Shown here piece by piece: positions 22,946 through 24,433 of a DNA stretch of 24,433 bases. The stretch is from assembly GCF_006345805.1 (NCBI RefSeq), contig NW_021836375.1, forward strand, positions 1 to 24,433. Direction: 5' to 3'. The notes beneath the pieces were generated by a model, which worked only from the letters and a program-made list of their open reading frames with translations, was not told the origin of the DNA and searched no databases. The stretch comes from Octopus sinensis (lineage: Eukaryota). Both the position numbers and the translations under genes were made by a program. Position 1 is the stretch's first letter; each line of letters starts with the position of its first letter.

Positions 22946-23316
22946 AGACGAACTGGCTGAAATGTAGCCGTATTTCGTCTGCCGTTACGTTCTGAGTTCA
23001 AATTCCGCCGAGGTCGACTTCGCCTTTCATCCTTTCGGGGTCGATTAAATAAGTACCAGTTACGCACTGGGGTCGATATAATCGACTTAATCCGTTTGTC
23101 TGTCCTTGTTTGTCCTCTCTATGTTTAGCCCCTTGTGGGTAGTAAAGAAATAGGAATTTTGTCTAACTTAACGTTTTGCGGCCAAATTCCGCTGTGGTCG
23201 ACTTTGTCTTTCATCCTTTTGGGATCGATACATTAAGTACCGGTAGAGCACTGGGGTCGATGTAATCGACTTAACCCCTCCCCTGACTTGCTGGCCTTTT
23301 GCCAAGATTTGAAACC
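22946..23316 (+). mobile_element. SINE family B tandem dimer (22946-23153 and 23154-23316), same architecture as 21557-21920 but inverted
   Basis: GTATTTCGTCTGCCG..GAGTTCAAATTCCGCCGAGGTCGAC..CCCCTTGTGGGTAGTAAAGAAATAG, then a second core ending GATTTGAAACC. Confidence 0.9.
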
Positions 23317-23511
23317 AATATTTTATCTCCTGTTACACTAGAATTTTCCAAACGGATATTTTCTGATTTTATAAAAGATTTCTATATAATAAGTAATTCT
23401 GTAGTTGCTTCCGGTTGTAACTATTTAAATTTAAAGTTAGATAAGAGAAAAGCACAGTTCACGCCAATATTTTTAATTGATTCATTTTGAGTCGTACGCA
23501 GATACTTTATG

Positions 23512-23625
23512 TGGTCTACCAACCTAGAAAAAATGGCTGCTAAGTATCCATTAAATCACACCGTAGAGGCTTAAGAAAATAGAATGATACGTTGGATAAT
23601 GCATCATTAAGATAGACTTTGGTTT
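23512..23625 (+). repeat. Diverged interspersed repeat, homologous to 23995-24056 plus 24305-24365
   Basis: CTAGAAA..GC..C.AA.TA.CCAT.AAAT.ACA...GGATAA.G pattern is shared by both copies. Confidence 0.5.
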
Positions 23626-24056
23626 TAACCCTGTCATGTTGTATACTTACTATAGTGGGAATAGGGTAAACGTAATTTTTGCCAGATTCCCAGTAAAGTG
23701 GTGACGAACAGAGAAAAAGAAGATTCAGCTGATTCTGTCCTTTAGTTTGCTTACAATCAGTACTTTTGAGCTATATGTGCGACTATTTCATATTGAGCCA
23801 CGAACCCAAGTGGAGAGTAAAGTTAATCACAAGGACTCAGGTCTGAGAGGATTAAAACAAATGAGTTCAAATTATCCACTTTCATGAAAGATCTGTTGGA
23901 CAATTGCCTGAGCTGGAGTGAAACAACAACAATGACAAAATCAATTTGGCAATTATCCGAAGGGTTCACTTTTTTTAATTTATGTGATTAGTGACCGTTC
24001 GATCTACTAGAAATAGCAACCAAATAACCATCAAATTACATTGCACCATCTAAAAT

Positions 24057-24304
24057 TGTGGAGGCGCATGGCTTGGTGCTTATCCTGTTACATTCACGAT
24101 CGTAAGATTGTGGTTTCGATTTCTGGGCCAGGCGAGTATTGTAACCTTAAGCCTAGGACTTTCACTTCACCCTGGTCCAGTCCAAGGAGCTGGTGAAAAA
24201 GAGTAACCTTGCGACGGCCCTGGGTCCCGCCCAAAGAGGACTACGTCTATAGTCAGAGAAACCGAGAAACGGGCTTTATGCGCTTTACGTAGTAATCTGG
24301 ACTA
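24057..24304 (+). mobile_element. SINE family C, full length with perfect 12-bp TSD
   Basis: TGTGGAGGCGCATGGCTTGGTG..GGTTTCGATTTC head. TSD ACCATCTAAAAT at 24045-24056 and 24305-24316. Confidence 0.88.
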
Positions 24305-24402
24305 ACCATCTAAAATAAATGGCGGACATGTCGGATAACGTATATTTAGATGAACTGTGGCTTAGAAAAGAAAAAGAGATGATTAGAATAATCACCTTAG
24401 TA

Positions 24403-24433
24403 AGGTTGTGAGCTGGCAGAAACGTTAGCGCGC
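24403..24433 (+). mobile_element. 5' start of a SINE family B copy, running off the window
   Basis: GAGCTGGCAGAAACGTTAGCGCGC matches the head of 9882-10108 and 21721-21920. Confidence 0.8.

Noticed and set aside
22760-22956. Apparent exon on either strand (minus 22956-22760; plus 22762-22894)
   Set aside because: The minus-strand acceptor lies inside the SINE head, plausible signals occur on both strands, and no peptide is recognisable. It cannot be supported without RNA data.

Overview
AT-rich, microsatellite-dense eukaryotic (animal) non-coding DNA. The SINE families match sequences I recall from Octopus (coleoid cephalopod) genomes; this is recall, not a database result. No intact protein-coding gene, RNA gene or CRISPR array is supportable, and most ORFs in the track are microsatellite artefacts. 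The window holds about 15 tRNA-derived SINE copies from three families. It also holds a cluster of decayed R4/Dong-type (restriction-like endonuclease) LINE fragments sitting in (TAA)n arrays at 18.1-21.5 kb, a 615-bp TIR element carrying three POU octamer motifs, and a mariner remnant. Other decayed LINE remnants are present. A cryptic, degenerate 31-bp palindromic tandem array (9.3-11.3 kb) has been split by nested insertions. The most notable unexplained items are the 31-bp array, the octamer-bearing TIR element, a 550-bp non-coding element inside TAA repeats, two inverted SINE arrangements that could form dsRNA, and a non-repetitive ORF island at 2.7-3.5 kb with an internal diverged copy.
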